From: Guillardia theta CCMP2712
Lineage: Eukaryota; Protista; Cryptophyta
DNA length: 64,000 nt
NCBI RefSeq assembly: GCF_000315625.1
Contig: NW_005434630.1
Location: 372,001 to 436,000 of the forward strand
Direction: 5' to 3'
This document shows, piece by piece, positions 10,490-23,758 of the stretch. Under the pieces are notes generated by a model. That model had not been told where the DNA came from and searched no databases. It was given only the letters and a program-made list of their open reading frames with translations. The number at the start of each line of letters is the position of its first letter. Position 1 is the stretch's first letter. The position numbers were made by a program, and so were the translations under genes.

Positions 10490-13400
10490 GCATGGCGGCG
10501 GCTGAAATGCGAGTGCGAAGCGATTAAGTAAGAGGAGGAGGAGGGGAAAACGGTAGGCGGCAAGGTTTTTCGAGGTGAAGTAAGGAGAAGAAAGAGGAGG
10601 AAGGAGGAACAAGGTGGTCAAAGAGGAGGAAGACTTTGAGAAGCAGATCCATCAGCGAAAGCTCGGTCGATATCCAAACCTCAGCGCCCCCGTGAAGTCT
10701 GAAGGAAGAGAGGAGGAGGAGGAGGGCAAGGTTCGTTATTATCAGACGATCATTGGAGACCAACAAGATCAAGAGTCCTGCTGGGTTTAATCAACATCAC
10801 CCTTTGGAGGCGCGCTGGAGAGGAGGACCGGTCGACTGAGGTAGCAACCTGTTTTAAGCAGCAGATGGGGGAACAGTTATCCTCCTCCACTTCTGATAGC
10901 AGGAGTGGCCGGCATACTATGTGATGGAGTAGAGGTGGATTTGGGTAAAGGGATTGATATTGAAGTCTGCCCCAAACATCTATTTGGGAAACATGGCGGA
11001 GCGAAGCCGGCCAGCAAAAAGCAAGACGGGCGATTCTAGCCTTGTGCAGAGCTTGCATGTTCTCGACAAGGGGTTTCACCAGCTCTCCCATGTTGTGCAC
11101 TATTCGAAGAACAAGCACAGTGAGTGTCTTCTTCTTTTGCTTGCCATCCTGTATCCCGCAACAGCGATCGAACCATTCTCGCTGGGTTGCTGCTCTTTCC
11201 TTTTGCCCCTCCCAAAGGATTCAGCGCCTCGAAAATTTTGTTTCCCTTCTCCTTCATTTAGGCTCTCTGCTACACGTTGCGTTTTGATCTGATAGCTTCT
11301 GAATCGTTGAAATGGCAGAAGTGACTTTGTCAATTCCACAAGAAATCGAGATCGACGACTTGGTTCAGGTAAATGACATTGAAACCTTTTCTGTGCAGAG
11401 TTTGTGGATTGACGATGGCACAGCACCTCGATGACGTATGCATTGAGATACTGCATGATTGGAATAGCATCCAGGTTCTGTATCAACCATTGACTCCCGA
11501 AGTTTTGACGTGTAAGGATTGCAGAAGGGCAAAACTGAACTTTTGAACGCCTTCAATGAAAATGTTGCAAGTGTCATGCGGGTTCTGGTCAACATCACTT
11601 TTCTATTTGATAGCGACAATTTTCCTATGCATGAAAGGTTCCATCCCTTCTTGATTGGAATGATTGGAAAGTTGCATTGAATCTAGAATTTTACAGACTT
11701 CCTCGCTATTTTGTGAACAATGAAGGTCTTAATCAGCGAATCGTTCAGCTCTGCATTTCTTGGGTTGTTGAGCTTGAGTCGAAGGATTACAAGGAAAACG
11801 ACGTTTGTAAGTTTTTTTATGGTGTTCGCTTGCATCTTTTTGTGACCTTGTCTTTTAAGGTGCAATTTTTACAAACATGGTTACAGTTCTGCATAACTAT
11901 GTTAGCCATGAATTCAAGCAAAATAGGAAGCCATTCTGTGAGTGACTCTGAAAAATTCATGTTGTTCTTTGCCTAATGTCAAACGTACAGGCTCATACTT
12001 TCTGGCGAGCCCCAAACTGTCAGAATTCATAAGTGCATCCGTAGACGCAGTTACGGGAAAGCTTGGATCTGATGGTACTCTTCGAAATAGACTACAGCAA
12101 TTATGCGGTGAGAAGTTTTCTCGCAAAAAAATATCCCGTGAATTTGATGCAGTTGAATTCTGGAATGCTATTGTGAATTGGAATATTGTTGACGACCAGC
12201 GATACAACAAACTGAGGAACGTATTTATCAAACACCCAAGAATGAAGGATTTGACAGAATTTTTGTCCAAGAGGATAGAAAGGAAGGACGAAGAATCCAT
12301 ATATTTTCTGACCCTGCTTTTCGAGTCATCCGATTTCCTCTCCCTTTTTCTGGAGTACGATGACGTTCGCCGCAAGTGCATGGACGCCATTTTTAACAGC
12401 TTGACCATCCTGTTCACAAAGCTAGATCTGGCTAAAAATCCGCATATCATGCTTATGGAAAATCTTGTTTCTATTGCTGGAATTAGAGAGGGACGTAGCT
12501 TTCTCCTGAAGGATCATTCTCGTCAACTCTTGGAGCTGATTGCACAATTCATTAGCAAGTTCGACAAGCTGTATGAGCGATACAAGGCATTCACCGATGA
12601 GACGCCAGAGGAGGGCTCTGAGCTCCAAGGCCTCATCAAACTGCTTGGACATTTCTTCAGATTCTATGGCTCCTGTCACGACGAGCGATGCCATCTGGTC
12701 CAGGCCATCCTGGACCACTTCAACAGTTCGAGAGGAGTGGCGAAGGTCTTGGCTCACGTTCAGGTCTTCAGTAACTTGCCAACTCTGCGGAAGAATGAGT
12801 GCGTTGAAGCGGTTGACGTGGAAAATTATGCCAAGTTTTTGGCAGCGGTGAAGCAGCGCGGCGGGGTGGCAGAAGAAGCCAAGCAGTCTAGTGCCATCCC
12901 CGATGCACTGAATCGATCTAAGTCGACGAGTTCCACCAACATCAAGGTTAAGCTCGAAGAATTTCTGTACAACGCTAAATCAGGTTCGGCGCAGTCGAAC
13001 CGAAGCAACGAGGATGGCAGTGCCGCGCAAAGCAGCACAGCAAACGATGTTCCAAGTGAAGAAAGAGAGAAGGGAAATGATAAGCACAATAATTCGGGCA
13101 ATCAAGAGCTGATTGATGTTGATATGGAACATGAGAAGACGACGGAGGCTGAATCGAACAGTCGTTCACATGACGATGAAACTGCTAAGGCAAGCAAAGC
13201 GCAACCAGACACAGATCAACCGATGGCATCAAACTCCATGAATGGTACCAATGATGAAATGGATGTGGAAAAAAGGAAGGAAAGAGCTGGCTTGCTGTTG
13301 GCCAGCATGGTAGCTTCGCAAGGACCTGAAGCGGCGTCAAGCTCCAAGGCAGGTCCCTCAGAACCTGAGGACAAGGAGACCGCTGAGGCATTGCGTGAGA

Positions 13401-16400
13401 AGAAATCAGCTGAAGCTCTGCTTGGTTTGTTCGATGCTGTACCCATCACACAGGGAAATGTCATGTCCGACATCATCTCAGCTTCTAGTAAGAAGCGTAA
13501 AGAAGTCACCATGAAAGAGAACTCGCTAGAGCGCCTGGCGAAAAGGTTGAACTCCCAGAAAGAAAACATGAAGCTCGACGACCCTAACACGGCTCAAACT
13601 TCTGCTGCAATGGATTCGCCAGATCTTCTATTGAACTCTTCTAAGGAGGCTCAAATCATTAGAACACTGTTTTCTCCGAAAGAAAAGGCGAAGAAGAAGG
13701 ATGCTGTGTGGAGGGCATACGTGAGCAACAGTTGGGAGGACGATGAGTTCCTCTTCGAACCATTGTCATCTCCTGAGTTCATCGATCCAGCTGAATATGA
13801 ATCAGATGAAAATTCAAATGACCTCAAATCTCAATGCAATGTCTACCTGGGTATGAAAAATAGTCAGAGTGCGAAATCTCATGGTGAAACAGAGGAAAGG
13901 AGAGCGAGAGAGCCAATCTCCTTTGAGATGAATGCGAGTTGGGCAAGGAACTTAGAGGCCCAGCGTTCAGGCAAGCCAGAACTCAAGTCTTCCATGTCTG
14001 GCATTTCCACATCTTACCCTTCGCTCTCTGGCGACATGCTCCATCAGCTTGCGAAGAAGATGCGGCCTGAATCCCCATCGTCAAGCAGAGCAGAGATTGG
14101 TGGCCTAAAGGCGTCTGAAAGCAACTTTTCAAGGAGCCAAAGGACAGCAGCTGAAGCTCTCTGCGGAGATGTGTCGAGGGATGAGCTCAGGAAGAAGGTT
14201 GCGAACTACTTCCCGGTGCTTCAACAGAAGTCAGGTCAAGATAGGGGAGATGGCCAGCTCCCCTTCGGAGCTTCAATGTCCATGTCGAAATCGGACACGA
14301 ATCGCGGTGGATCGCCGAAGGGTTCTGGCGTTGGGGATCGGAGCAGCATTCCTTCCCTGATAGATAAGGTGGGAGACAGCAGCTGGCAGGACAAAGTACC
14401 AAAAGGTAGGTCGACATCTGTCTCGTTCAGGCTGCTGAAAGTTTCTGATCTCCTTTCCTTGCACCAGTTCCCTCGTTGACAAGCTCATCGTTGTCGAGCT
14501 CCATTGCCTCGGCAAGGGCAGCGGCTGTATCCTCTGCTAGCTACTTGCTATCTAAGGTAGTCCCTCCAACCCAATGCCCGAACTCTGTGAACCCTGCTGC
14601 TGCTGCCTCCGGATTGCACACGCAGACTGCGGAAGTACGTTGAAAGCGCGTCTTCATCTTATTGCGTGACGATTTGACTACAGGGGAAGGGGGGCGATGC
14701 AGCTAGCCAGGCACAGGAGGCCTTAAGTAGGCAGGCCTCCCGACAGCTCCAGGACCTGCTCAAGGAGACGAGGACTTCGTCCCAGGAGGCCTCGAGATCC
14801 GATACAAAGTCTGCCAGCCAGTACGCCGGGCTTGTGGGGACTCAGGGCATTCCGGCCAGTCAGCTGGCCAGTGCTTATCAGCAGATGCAACTGCAGCAGG
14901 CTGCCGCGAGCCAGTCAAAGAACATCCTCCAATTTACAAAGGCAGCCTTTCCTGTGCAGTCCACGAGCTCCCTGTTCGGCGTCCCCTACCTCCAACAGAA
15001 TGCGACGCACAGCTTGTTCGCTGCCGCAGCCGCCGCAAGCGCTGCTCAGACTAAGAGGCGCAATTCCATGAAGCACGTGGAGATCGCCAATATGATCCAC
15101 ACTTATTCCAAGACCATACAGCAGCTCCAAAACCGTCAGTACCTGATGCAAGTTCCCGCCCTGAACCTCGGGGCCCGCACTGGACTCACCCTCGGCGCCT
15201 TTCCGAACCCTTCGTTCCTCACGGCTCAGAATCTGTTTGCCAAGATCGGGCATCTGTCAACTGCAGCTGCTTCATTGCAGGTTGGTGTCGCCCCCACACT
15301 CGCTCTTCAACTCTCTTTCCTCCCTCCACTCCGTCGCTGTAATCATCTCCTACCTTCAACTCCCTTTCTCCTTGGCTGTCTGCACCCCTGTAAGTTGATT
15401 CACTCGTCTTTGTCTCAGGCCTTGCAGCAAGTGCAAGCACAGAGTCAGCAGCAGCAGTCCCAGCAACAAGCCCAGCAGCAGAAACTGTCACAACAGAGCA
15501 CGTCCTCGCAGCCACAGGCTCAGGCACCGGCACAGCAGCAGGCACAGTCATCTCATCAACAAACGCAGAAGCCACAACAGACGCAGCAGCAGCGGCAAGC
15601 ATCTCCACAGCCGCAGCAGCAGCAGCAGCCATCCCACCAACAGAAGCAACAGCAACAAGCTTCAGGTTCACAACCGAGTGGTTCGAGCGCCCGGGCCTCG
15701 CCCCCTGCTGGGAGTCAGCAGAGCTCTTCACAGCCACCAGCGCACGAGTCGGCCAGCCAGCAGCTGCCAAGTCAGACAGCAACGGCCGGGCCCAAGAGCG
15801 TGCTGAACTCTGTCGGGGGCCCGCAGACCCTCAGTCAAGCTCAGTCGTTTCTGAACTTGCGTTCAAACTTAACAGGTGAATGTTTACCTCCCCTCCTCTG
15901 CCCCTTCTTCCGACCCCTTTGCTCAGACCCGATGCATTCTTGTCTCACACTTACATCATCCCTTCTGCCCCCTTCCCTCCACCCCTTCCTCGGGAGTCCA
16001 GGTTCCTGACGAATCCTCCCGTGCAGGCCTCCAGCAGTACGGGCCTGCTCTCAACATTGCCCTGGCAGCTGGGAGGGGTTCGCTTCCCCTCGGCGTGACG
16101 AGAGGGGTCCCGGGGTCACTCTTCACCGACCCTGGGTTCACTTTGGGAGGTGGGCAGCAGCTGGGGCAGCAGAGGATGGGAACTTCGTCCAGCCAGACTG
16201 CGGTGCGTTGACGTCTCCTCGTGTGCGATCGGATGACGTCACTGCGCAGCTCGGCGACTCAATCCTCTCCGCCATGAACGGCTCGAGCTCCCGTGAGGGA
16301 GTCATCGACCTGACGCAGGAGGAGGCCGCACAAGATTCTGGTTCTCCCTCCTCCTCCTTGATTTTCTTCCTCATCCCCTCCCATTGCTCACCATCCTCCT

Positions 16401-16568
16401 CTGTCCCATACGTGGAACTGCTTCCCCATCTCCTTTCCCTCGCCGTCCTCTCTTTCCTCCTAGCGCCTCCCTTACTGTTCCTCTTGCCTTCCTCCTGCTC
16501 CTTCGTTCACTTGCCGACCTGCGTGGCCTGACTTTTCCTCATTTGCAGGTAGCAGTGCAGGGCAATGA
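10490..16568 (+). CDS. Large multi-exon protein: helical-repeat N-half, low-complexity/Q-rich C-half, C-terminal SIM (probable nuclear regulator)
   Basis: ORFs 11942-14479 and 14834-16009 are linked by short introns. Contains KKRK NLS-like, polyQ and VIDLT motifs, with a stop at 16566-16568. The 5' start is uncertain. Confidence 0.65.
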
Positions 16569-16830
16569 CATGACAGGGAAGGGACTTGAGATAGGGTGAA
16601 GCTTGTAAATTTGTAGTGGACTCCAGGTGGAAGTGGAGATTGTCATGTAAATGTTTGCGTGTGTTAAACCGACAGGCTCTCGAGCTTCTCAGCTCTTGCT
16701 GGACGAGTCTCGTCGTGTTTCCGCGTCTCTCCGTTGATCTTTTTGTTTTCTCTTCCTTTCTTTGACTAACATAAACCAATGCAAAGCCGTTTGACCTCTT
16801 GCTCCCCACATGTTCTCAGGAGCGGCAGGA

Positions 16831-18366
16831 CTACTTCTTGCCTTTGCCTTTGCCCTTCTTCGCCGGCATTGCTGGCTTCTTCTTCGGCTTGGGCTTCTCC
16901 TCCTCTTCCTCCGAGTCGGAATCTCCCTCCTCCGAGTCAATGTTCATCTTGTTCATCTCCTCCTCCATCCCCTCGTAGTCCTCCTCCTTCCGACCCGTCG
17001 GGAACCTCTGCCTGATGCTCGCGTTCGACGTCGTGTCCCACACAACGAGCTTGCTATCCTTGCCCCCAACTGCAAGAACGTACGCAGCCTCCGGGTCCAT
17101 GCTCCAGGAGCAGCAGAATACCTGGTCCACGTCCATGTTCCTAGTCGTGATGAACTCCGCCTTTCCTCCCCTCACATCCCACAACTTCAGCGTCTTGTCC
17201 AGCGACGTCGTCGCGATCAGCCCGTTCACTTGCTGGTTCAGTGCCAGCCCCGTTACTGCCTTGTCGTGGGCCCCGATGCTGTACAGGTTGCTCCCAGCCT
17301 GCCGCGCGTCATGGCAAGTGACCATGCCGGAGTCGGTGCTGACGAAGAACTGATGCTCCTCGTGCGGGTTCCATGCGACGCACTCCACGTCTGACGTCAC
17401 TGGCCACTTGCCCGCAGCCTTCCAGTCTGCAGCCGCCGCTCTCACATCGAGCACGGCCGCCGTCTTGTCGAAGGAGCCGGAGAGGAGGACTGCAGCGCTG
17501 GTGGGATGCCACTGAAGCGCCTGCACCTTGTCCGAGTGATGGGTGAGCGTGTGGAGGGTCTGTCCTCGAGGGACATCCCACACCTTCACCGTCTTGTCTG
17601 CTGAGGCGCTGGCAAGCACGTGCCGCTGGATCGGATGCCAGCTCAAGCCGAGGACCGCTTCCTTGTGACTGCCCTCCTTGAGAACCTTCTTTGCCTTCTT
17701 CTTCTTCTTCTTCCCCTTGGATGCTGGCAGCTCGGCCTTCCCTTCCATGTCCTCTCCTCCCAGCACAACCACGGGCTCCAACGCGTCGAGACAGTCGAGG
17801 TCCCATACTTCGATGGCTGGGTCCATGGTGCCGATGGCGCAGAAGCTTCCAACAGACCCGTCAGTGCGAGCGCAGTCGAGCCAAGTGAGACAGAGGGGAA
17901 AGGCGTTGAGCATGAGGTCGTGGTGAACGAACAGGGTTCCCTCCTGGTCGTCATACACGTAAACATCGAGCGTGTGCCCCTCCTCCTCACTGTGACAAGC
18001 CAAGATCAACGAGTCTGTCGGGCGGATAATGTTGTCCTCGTCCGCGTCCGAGTCATCCTCCTCATCGGGGAGCGTGATATACGGATCCTCCATGTTGGAT
18101 CGAAACATCGGAGGGCCAACCGCCCCGAGGACTCCAAGCGCTTCATCGTCCTCGTCGTCGTACTTGTCCAGCCCGTACTCGGCAAGCTCCCCATCGCTCT
18201 TAACAGCCGAAGCCGCAGAGATGGCTCTTCTCACTGCGTTCTCCTTGCTCAGAACCTCTTCGTCTTCTTCTTCCTCCTCCTCCTCTTCCTCCTCCTCCTC
18301 CTCCTCCCTCCTCTTTGGCACCGCTAAAGCCTTTCCCCGCCGCACCCACGACAGCGCTGATATCAT
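16831..18366 (-). CDS. PWP1: Periodic tryptophan protein 1 (WD40, ribosome biogenesis)
   Basis: N-terminus MISALSWVRRG, acidic tract, LAEYGLDKYDDED, LFVHHDLMLNAFPLCLTW, AIGTMDPAIEVWDLD and WD40 repeats. Intronless 511 aa. Confidence 0.93.
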   Translation of the reverse strand: MISALSWVRRGKALAVPKRREEEEEEEEEEEEEEDEEVLSKENAVRRAISAASAVKSDGELAEYGLDKYDDEDDEALGVLGAVGPPMFRSNMEDPYITLPDEEDDSDADEDNIIRPTDSLILACHSEEEGHTLDVYVYDDQEGTLFVHHDLMLNAFPLCLTWLDCARTDGSVGSFCAIGTMDPAIEVWDLDCLDALEPVVVLGGEDMEGKAELPASKGKKKKKKAKKVLKEGSHKEAVLGLSWHPIQRHVLASASADKTVKVWDVPRGQTLHTLTHHSDKVQALQWHPTSAAVLLSGSFDKTAAVLDVRAAAADWKAAGKWPVTSDVECVAWNPHEEHQFFVSTDSGMVTCHDARQAGSNLYSIGAHDKAVTGLALNQQVNGLIATTSLDKTLKLWDVRGGKAEFITTRNMDVDQVFCCSWSMDPEAAYVLAVGGKDSKLVVWDTTSNASIRQRFPTGRKEEDYEGMEEEMNKMNIDSEEGDSDSEEEEEKPKPKKKPAMPAKKGKGKGKK

Positions 18367-19031
18367 GGTCGCACGTGCTGAATGTGCCCCTCATCCCCAC
18401 TCCATTTATGTGATATGGACCTCATCCACCCTCGGGCCCAACCTAGTTGAACCATTGTCTTTTATTACTCAACTTGTTGCGTTCTAAATCGGTGAAGATG
18501 GCAGTGAATATTAGGAAATGGAGAAGGGAGGAGGAGGAGGAGGAAGAAGAAGAGGGGGTGGGTGAAGGGGGAGGGGGAAGGGAGGAGGAGAAGGAGGAGG
18601 AGGAGGAGAGGAGGAGGAGGAGGAGGAAAGTGGTAAATGAATTTTTGCGGGGAGAAACAGGAAGGAAGTTGAACGAGGGGGGGATCACATGAGAAGAACT
18701 TGAGAATGGCTGGAGTATCGGCTGGAACAGAGCAAAGAGAAGAGGAACGAAGAAAAGCAGGTAGAGAGACCCGATCAAGCGTGCTGAGAGCACTTGAAGC
18801 ATGTCAAGAAATGGAGGTCGGCAGGGAGCAAAGTGACTAGTGCTACGATTTGACCATGCTCAGCAACGAAATTGTATCTGGAGACGATATGCAAGGATAG
18901 AGACGGCAGGACAGGGAGGGGGGCAAGATGTATGAAGGAGAATTGTGCCGTGGGGCTGTGAGCTGTGAGCGCTTTCATGAAGCACGTGTACTTGAGCGTC
19001 TTTCTCACTGCTGCAGCTTCACAGGCTGAAG

Positions 19032-19355
19032 ATGTTTCAGCTGCTGAACCACAGTTGGGCGGGCATCTACGATCATGACACCTCAACGAGCCTGAAGAGC
19101 ATCCCCAAGGGCACCATGCCCAACGTGCCATGGGATACCCACACAGCGTGAGTTCGTCGGGAAGTGCCGGCCCATGTCTGCCTCTCACTACCTGCCCGCA
19201 GGAACCACGGCAACACGTTCCTGCCCGACGCCTCCTTCTACCTAAAGACCAGCAACCCGCTCGTGCTCAAGGGCAACGCCGCTACGGGTCACGTCGTCGA
19301 CGCCAGGTCCACCTCAGGGTGCTCTGACAACTTCGTGGGCTTCGGATGCCGCTAA
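19032..19355 (+). CDS. Small (~90 aa) two-exon hypothetical protein
   Basis: MFQLLNHSWAGIYDHD...WDTHT, then a GTGAGT...GCAG intron (~19148-19201), then NHGNTFLPD...GCSDNFVGFGCR*, with strong GC3 codon bias. Confidence 0.6.
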
Positions 19356-19426
19356 ACTTTCAATCTTCTGACTAATACGCGAGCACTGAATTGCTTTGTA
19401 TCAATTTAATGAACAAGAACCTGGTA

Positions 19427-19462
19427 CTAATCCTTCTCCTCCATACCCTCTTCCAAATCCTG

Positions 19463-19494
<32 letters not shown>

Positions 19495-22400
19495 TCTCGG
19501 GCTCCTGCTCCTTCTCGGGCTCAGGCTCTTGCTCTTCCTCTTGGGAAACATCTGCTTCGACCAAGTCTGCCTCCTCGCCCTGTCCATCTTGGCAGTCGCC
19601 ATCGCTGGTCAAAGCCATCAGCTCTTCAACTGGGGGTCGAGGAGGGATGGGAGGCAGTGAGTTAGTCGGGGGCTCCTCCTGCTCTCCCTCCCAGCCACTC
19701 TCCGGCTGCTCTCCGCCGCTTTCCTTGGCAGGGGGAGACATCTGCCAGCACCAGTCTCACCATCCCCTCACCTCCCACTCACGCGCCTTCACCTCGCACT
19801 CCGAGCCCTTCAGCGAGCTCTGAAGGTCAAAGGTTGACTCCACCTCCCCCAGCTCCTGCGGCCCGTGAGCCCCTCATTCACCTCGCACGCTCTCCCACCT
19901 TCTCCAGCTTGCTCAGAAGCACCATGATACCCGTCACGTCCTTCCCTACCGCCTCGGCCAGCGCACTGCCAGGTGCCATGCGCGCCTGCAGGAGGTCCAG
20001 AGCCTGCGCCTTCAAGTCTGCAACATCTTGCGCGACGGCCTGCGGTAGTCGCATCAGCTGCGGGTGCCTTGAAGAGCAGCGGGAACCTGCACACGAGAAA
20101 CGGCCTCTGCTTGCTTCTCCTCCAACATCTTCACCCTCAACTCCTCCTCATTGGCGAGCTGCAGCGGGTGAGAGGGAAGGACAAGCCAGGCAGGGAACCC
20201 ACCTCGGACATGCCCAACTTAGAGATCTTGGAGGTTCTTCCTCTGGTAGCCTGTCAAGTCTGTCACAATGTGGATGGAAATGTATCGCCTCAGTCGCACA
20301 TCAAGCTCATCCTCGCAGAACTGCAAGCAATTGCGGAGGAGGAGGAGCTGAGCGCTCTGGAACTTGAGATGCAGCTCGATGTAGCTGCACTCATCTTGGA
20401 GGATTTGCTTGCGCTTCTCCTGCTCCAATCTCAGTAATGTGGCGATGATGTTGATGTAACAAAACCGCCAGGTTCGACTCTTCTTGGACCAGAGCACTCG
20501 AGACAAACGAGGACATGAAGTCAACAAAACTTGCTGAAAGTAGAAGAGTCAGTGAACTCGTCGCAAGAATCTTAAGCACATCACATGTGTCTTCGAGCGC
20601 GTCCAACTCGTTCTCGTAGTCTTGTGTCTGCACTGACAAGGCCTGTAGCCTCGTCGTCAGGAACGACATTGTGCGACAGGCATTCGATTCCTGCAGCTGA
20701 TCGTTGAAGCTTCGTTCCTTCGCCTGCTTCTGTCGTGGAAGAATCTCAAGGTTCCTGTGCAACGGCGATCAAACGACAGGAGCACGGCATGTACGAACAA
20801 CTCCACCTCCTTGTCTCGTTGAGCTGTTGATCACAAGCTAGAATTTCACCCATGACGTGCTCGAGTTCCTCCTGCTGCACATTGAGAAGAACAAAACAAA
20901 GAGAAGAGGCAAAAAGACCTCCAGGGCTCGTTTCTTTTCCAGCAACCTTGACACAGGCATAGTTAGGAGATAATGCATCTCACAAAGGCAAATCTATGTC
21001 ATAGAATCTTTCTTGACGATAAGGAGACACTTACTGGTCAAGTCGACTGGACAAGTCTTCTTCGGACTGTCAATTTTGTCATTCGAATTGCTTTGTAGAG
21101 AGTGAAGATGTCAAAGGAAAAGAAGGGAAAGGACTGAAAACATCAAGAATGATTCGACCTTTGTCAAGTGCTTTTCGTTCTCTCTGAATCTTGTTTCGCA
21201 TGTGTCCTTCTCGGCATTCACGCTTTCTATGCGCTGATCGTTTCTGAGCGCAAGACGGCCAAACAGAAAACAAATCACCTGGGATACCGAGGCCTCATCG
21301 TCTGCCACAGCTTCCTTCATCGCTTCAATCTCCTGCCGGACTGTTTGTATGGCTGCGTCCTAGAAGCCAGGACGCGGGTCATCGCGATGAAGAGCACGAG
21401 AGCGTTTCCATACCACGTTCTTCTCTTGCAGTAGGGAGTTGGAGATGGTTGTCAGGTGACTGCGATCAGAGGATGAGATGACGCTTCAGCGTTCAAGTCA
21501 GCAGCAGGACCGAAGTGAAGCATTTCGATCTAGAAGTTCTGCCGAGCGCGCGACGCAGTCCTTCACGTCCTCGTCGTTGAACTCCTCAAGGTGTGAGGCC
21601 CAGTCTTCCTGTGCTAGGATCTTGTTGATGCGTGAGATGTTGGGCAGCTTGTCGATCTCGCTTTCCTTCCTCCTGACCTGCAAGGACAATAAGACGCAGT
21701 CGCTGAGGACGGAAGGGTGGACCTGGGATAAGAGCATCGTAGCTTCAGAAAGGGCGTCGTCATAACGATGGTCCCTTTTCAGAAAGACAACGATGGATTT
21801 GACCTGTCACTGTCGTCACTTATCACGACCATGGAAAATGTTAAGGAGATTAGAACACAACACACAATCAAACGACTGCAGGCACACAAATGGATTTGAT
21901 CGGTCCCGCCGGCTCGAGTTTACCAGAGTTTCGATCTGGGGATGGGAGGTCGTGCCGTCGATGTTCTGTGCGAGTTTGCAGAGTTCGGCTAGGAACTGTA
22001 TCGAAGTTCTTGTTAGTGCAGAGACTTTCAAGATTTAGCTGGACCTTCAGCTTCTCTCCCTTGGAACCAAACAGACAGTGATCCAGGAGCTCGATCAAGG
22101 ACTCATCCTCCTCCTATGTAGAATCATCAAAACAGACACACAGAGTGAGGGGGGGGGAGCGCATCTTACCTCGGCAAGAGACGGGTTTCTGATGATGCAA
22201 AGGATCAGAGTCTCCACGGCAGAGCTGCAACGTCATTCAAATTCAGTCAAGTCAAGCAAGGGCATGAGACGGCTTCTTTCAAACCTCCTCAACAGAATGT
22301 TGGAGAACGAAACGTCCTCGTGGGCCTGACTGTCATGATACAGGTTCGCGGGCTCCTGCTTCAGCTGCTGCATCCATTGCCTTCCATAACGATCAGACTA

Positions 22401-22870
22401 TGGGAGAGACACCCGGGTGATCCCTTCACCGGCAGAGCTGAGGAACCGAGTTGGATGCGCCAGCGTTGCCGCCGAGCGCTGCCTTGCACTTGCCCTCGAT
22501 ATCGTTGAGCTCCTTCAGCGCATCGCCGACTTGGGTGTCTGACCCGCTGTGCTCTCTGCTCGATACGTGCAAGTTAGCCGTGAAGGCAGTGGGATCGTGA
22601 CAAACTTACTTCTCGATGAAGGCAAACCCACTCTCCTTGGAGATGGAGGAGCTCGCCAGGTTCTTCCAATAGCTGACCCTCCCCGTCCAGTCCGCATGCT
22701 TCGCTTTGTCGTCGACAGGTGCCTCCGCCAGGACGGTCTCTTCCCCCTGTCACGAAGTCATGGACACGAAGCAAGGATGAAGTGGCATGAATGCAGCAGA
22801 CCTCCTTGGCTGCTCCAGGTGCCGATGAAACGCCTACAAAGTTGCTGAACGTCTCTCTGAACCAGGACAT
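19427..22870 (-). CDS. Multi-exon coiled-coil protein resembling the uncharacterised plant At5g13560/At2g37370-type family
   Basis: Starts MSWFRETFS and contains SFSNILLR|SAVETLILCIIRNP...EDESLIELLDHCLFG, a coiled-coil middle and an acidic EQEPEPEK tail. Confidence 0.55.
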
Positions 22871-23577
22871 TTTGCCGTGCTCTCTCACTTGGAAGGTCAA
22901 AATCTGTCTGCAATGTCGTTCATCACTGTCCTGCAACGTAAAAATGTCAATGAAGGCCTAGTCAGGTTGCCGTTTCCCCTCATTGGAAACTCGGAGTAAT
23001 GATTTGTTGGCTGACACTCGAGCTGCGCACAAATCAAGTTGTTCTGCCTGGTTTCCTTCTTTTTCTGGTCTATTGCTAATCTACGTGTTCTCTTCTAGTG
23101 TTTCTCTTCATCTTTCCTAGGCGACTCGTCGAGTTTGTCGCAGGTAGCCAGCCTTGTCCTCTGGCACAGTCTTGCCCTACCCTGCCTTGTCCTGCCTTGT
23201 CCTGCCTTGTCCTATCATGACCAGTCTGGCACTCTCTCTCCTCCTCCTTGCTGCTATCCCATCTCACTCTTCCTCCTCCTCCCTCCTCCTCTCCTCCTCT
23301 GCCACCGCTCCTCTTCCTGTCCTTCGCCTTGCAACATGTTTGTCTTTCCTGCGACCTACTAGAATAGGACCACCCCATTGGTCCCTACCCCCATTTGCAA
23401 AACATGACCCACCCATCCCCCCATCATCCCATCCTAGTACCCTACCTTTTAACCACAATGACCCTACCCTCCCTACCACCTGATTCATTTTCTTTGCCTA
23501 TCCCACCCCCATCGAATCCGATAAAACCATCCCCATCGGGTCAAGTACGAAATGAGATGCCGAACGGGGAAAGCACA

Positions 23578-23758
23578 GGAGAGGGCAGGAGAGGAGAGGG
23601 CAGGAGAGGAGAGGAGAGGAGAGGAGAGGAGAGGAGAGGAGAGGGCAGGAGAGGAGAGGAGAGGAGAGGAGAGGAGAGGAGAGGAGAGGAGAGGAGAGGA
23701 GAGGAGAGGAGAGGAGAGGAGAGGAGAGGAGAGGAGAGGAGAGGAGAGGAGAGGAGAG
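23578..23758. repeat. (GAGAG)n pentanucleotide microsatellite
   Basis: Near-perfect GAGGA/GAGAG tandem run. Confidence 0.95.
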
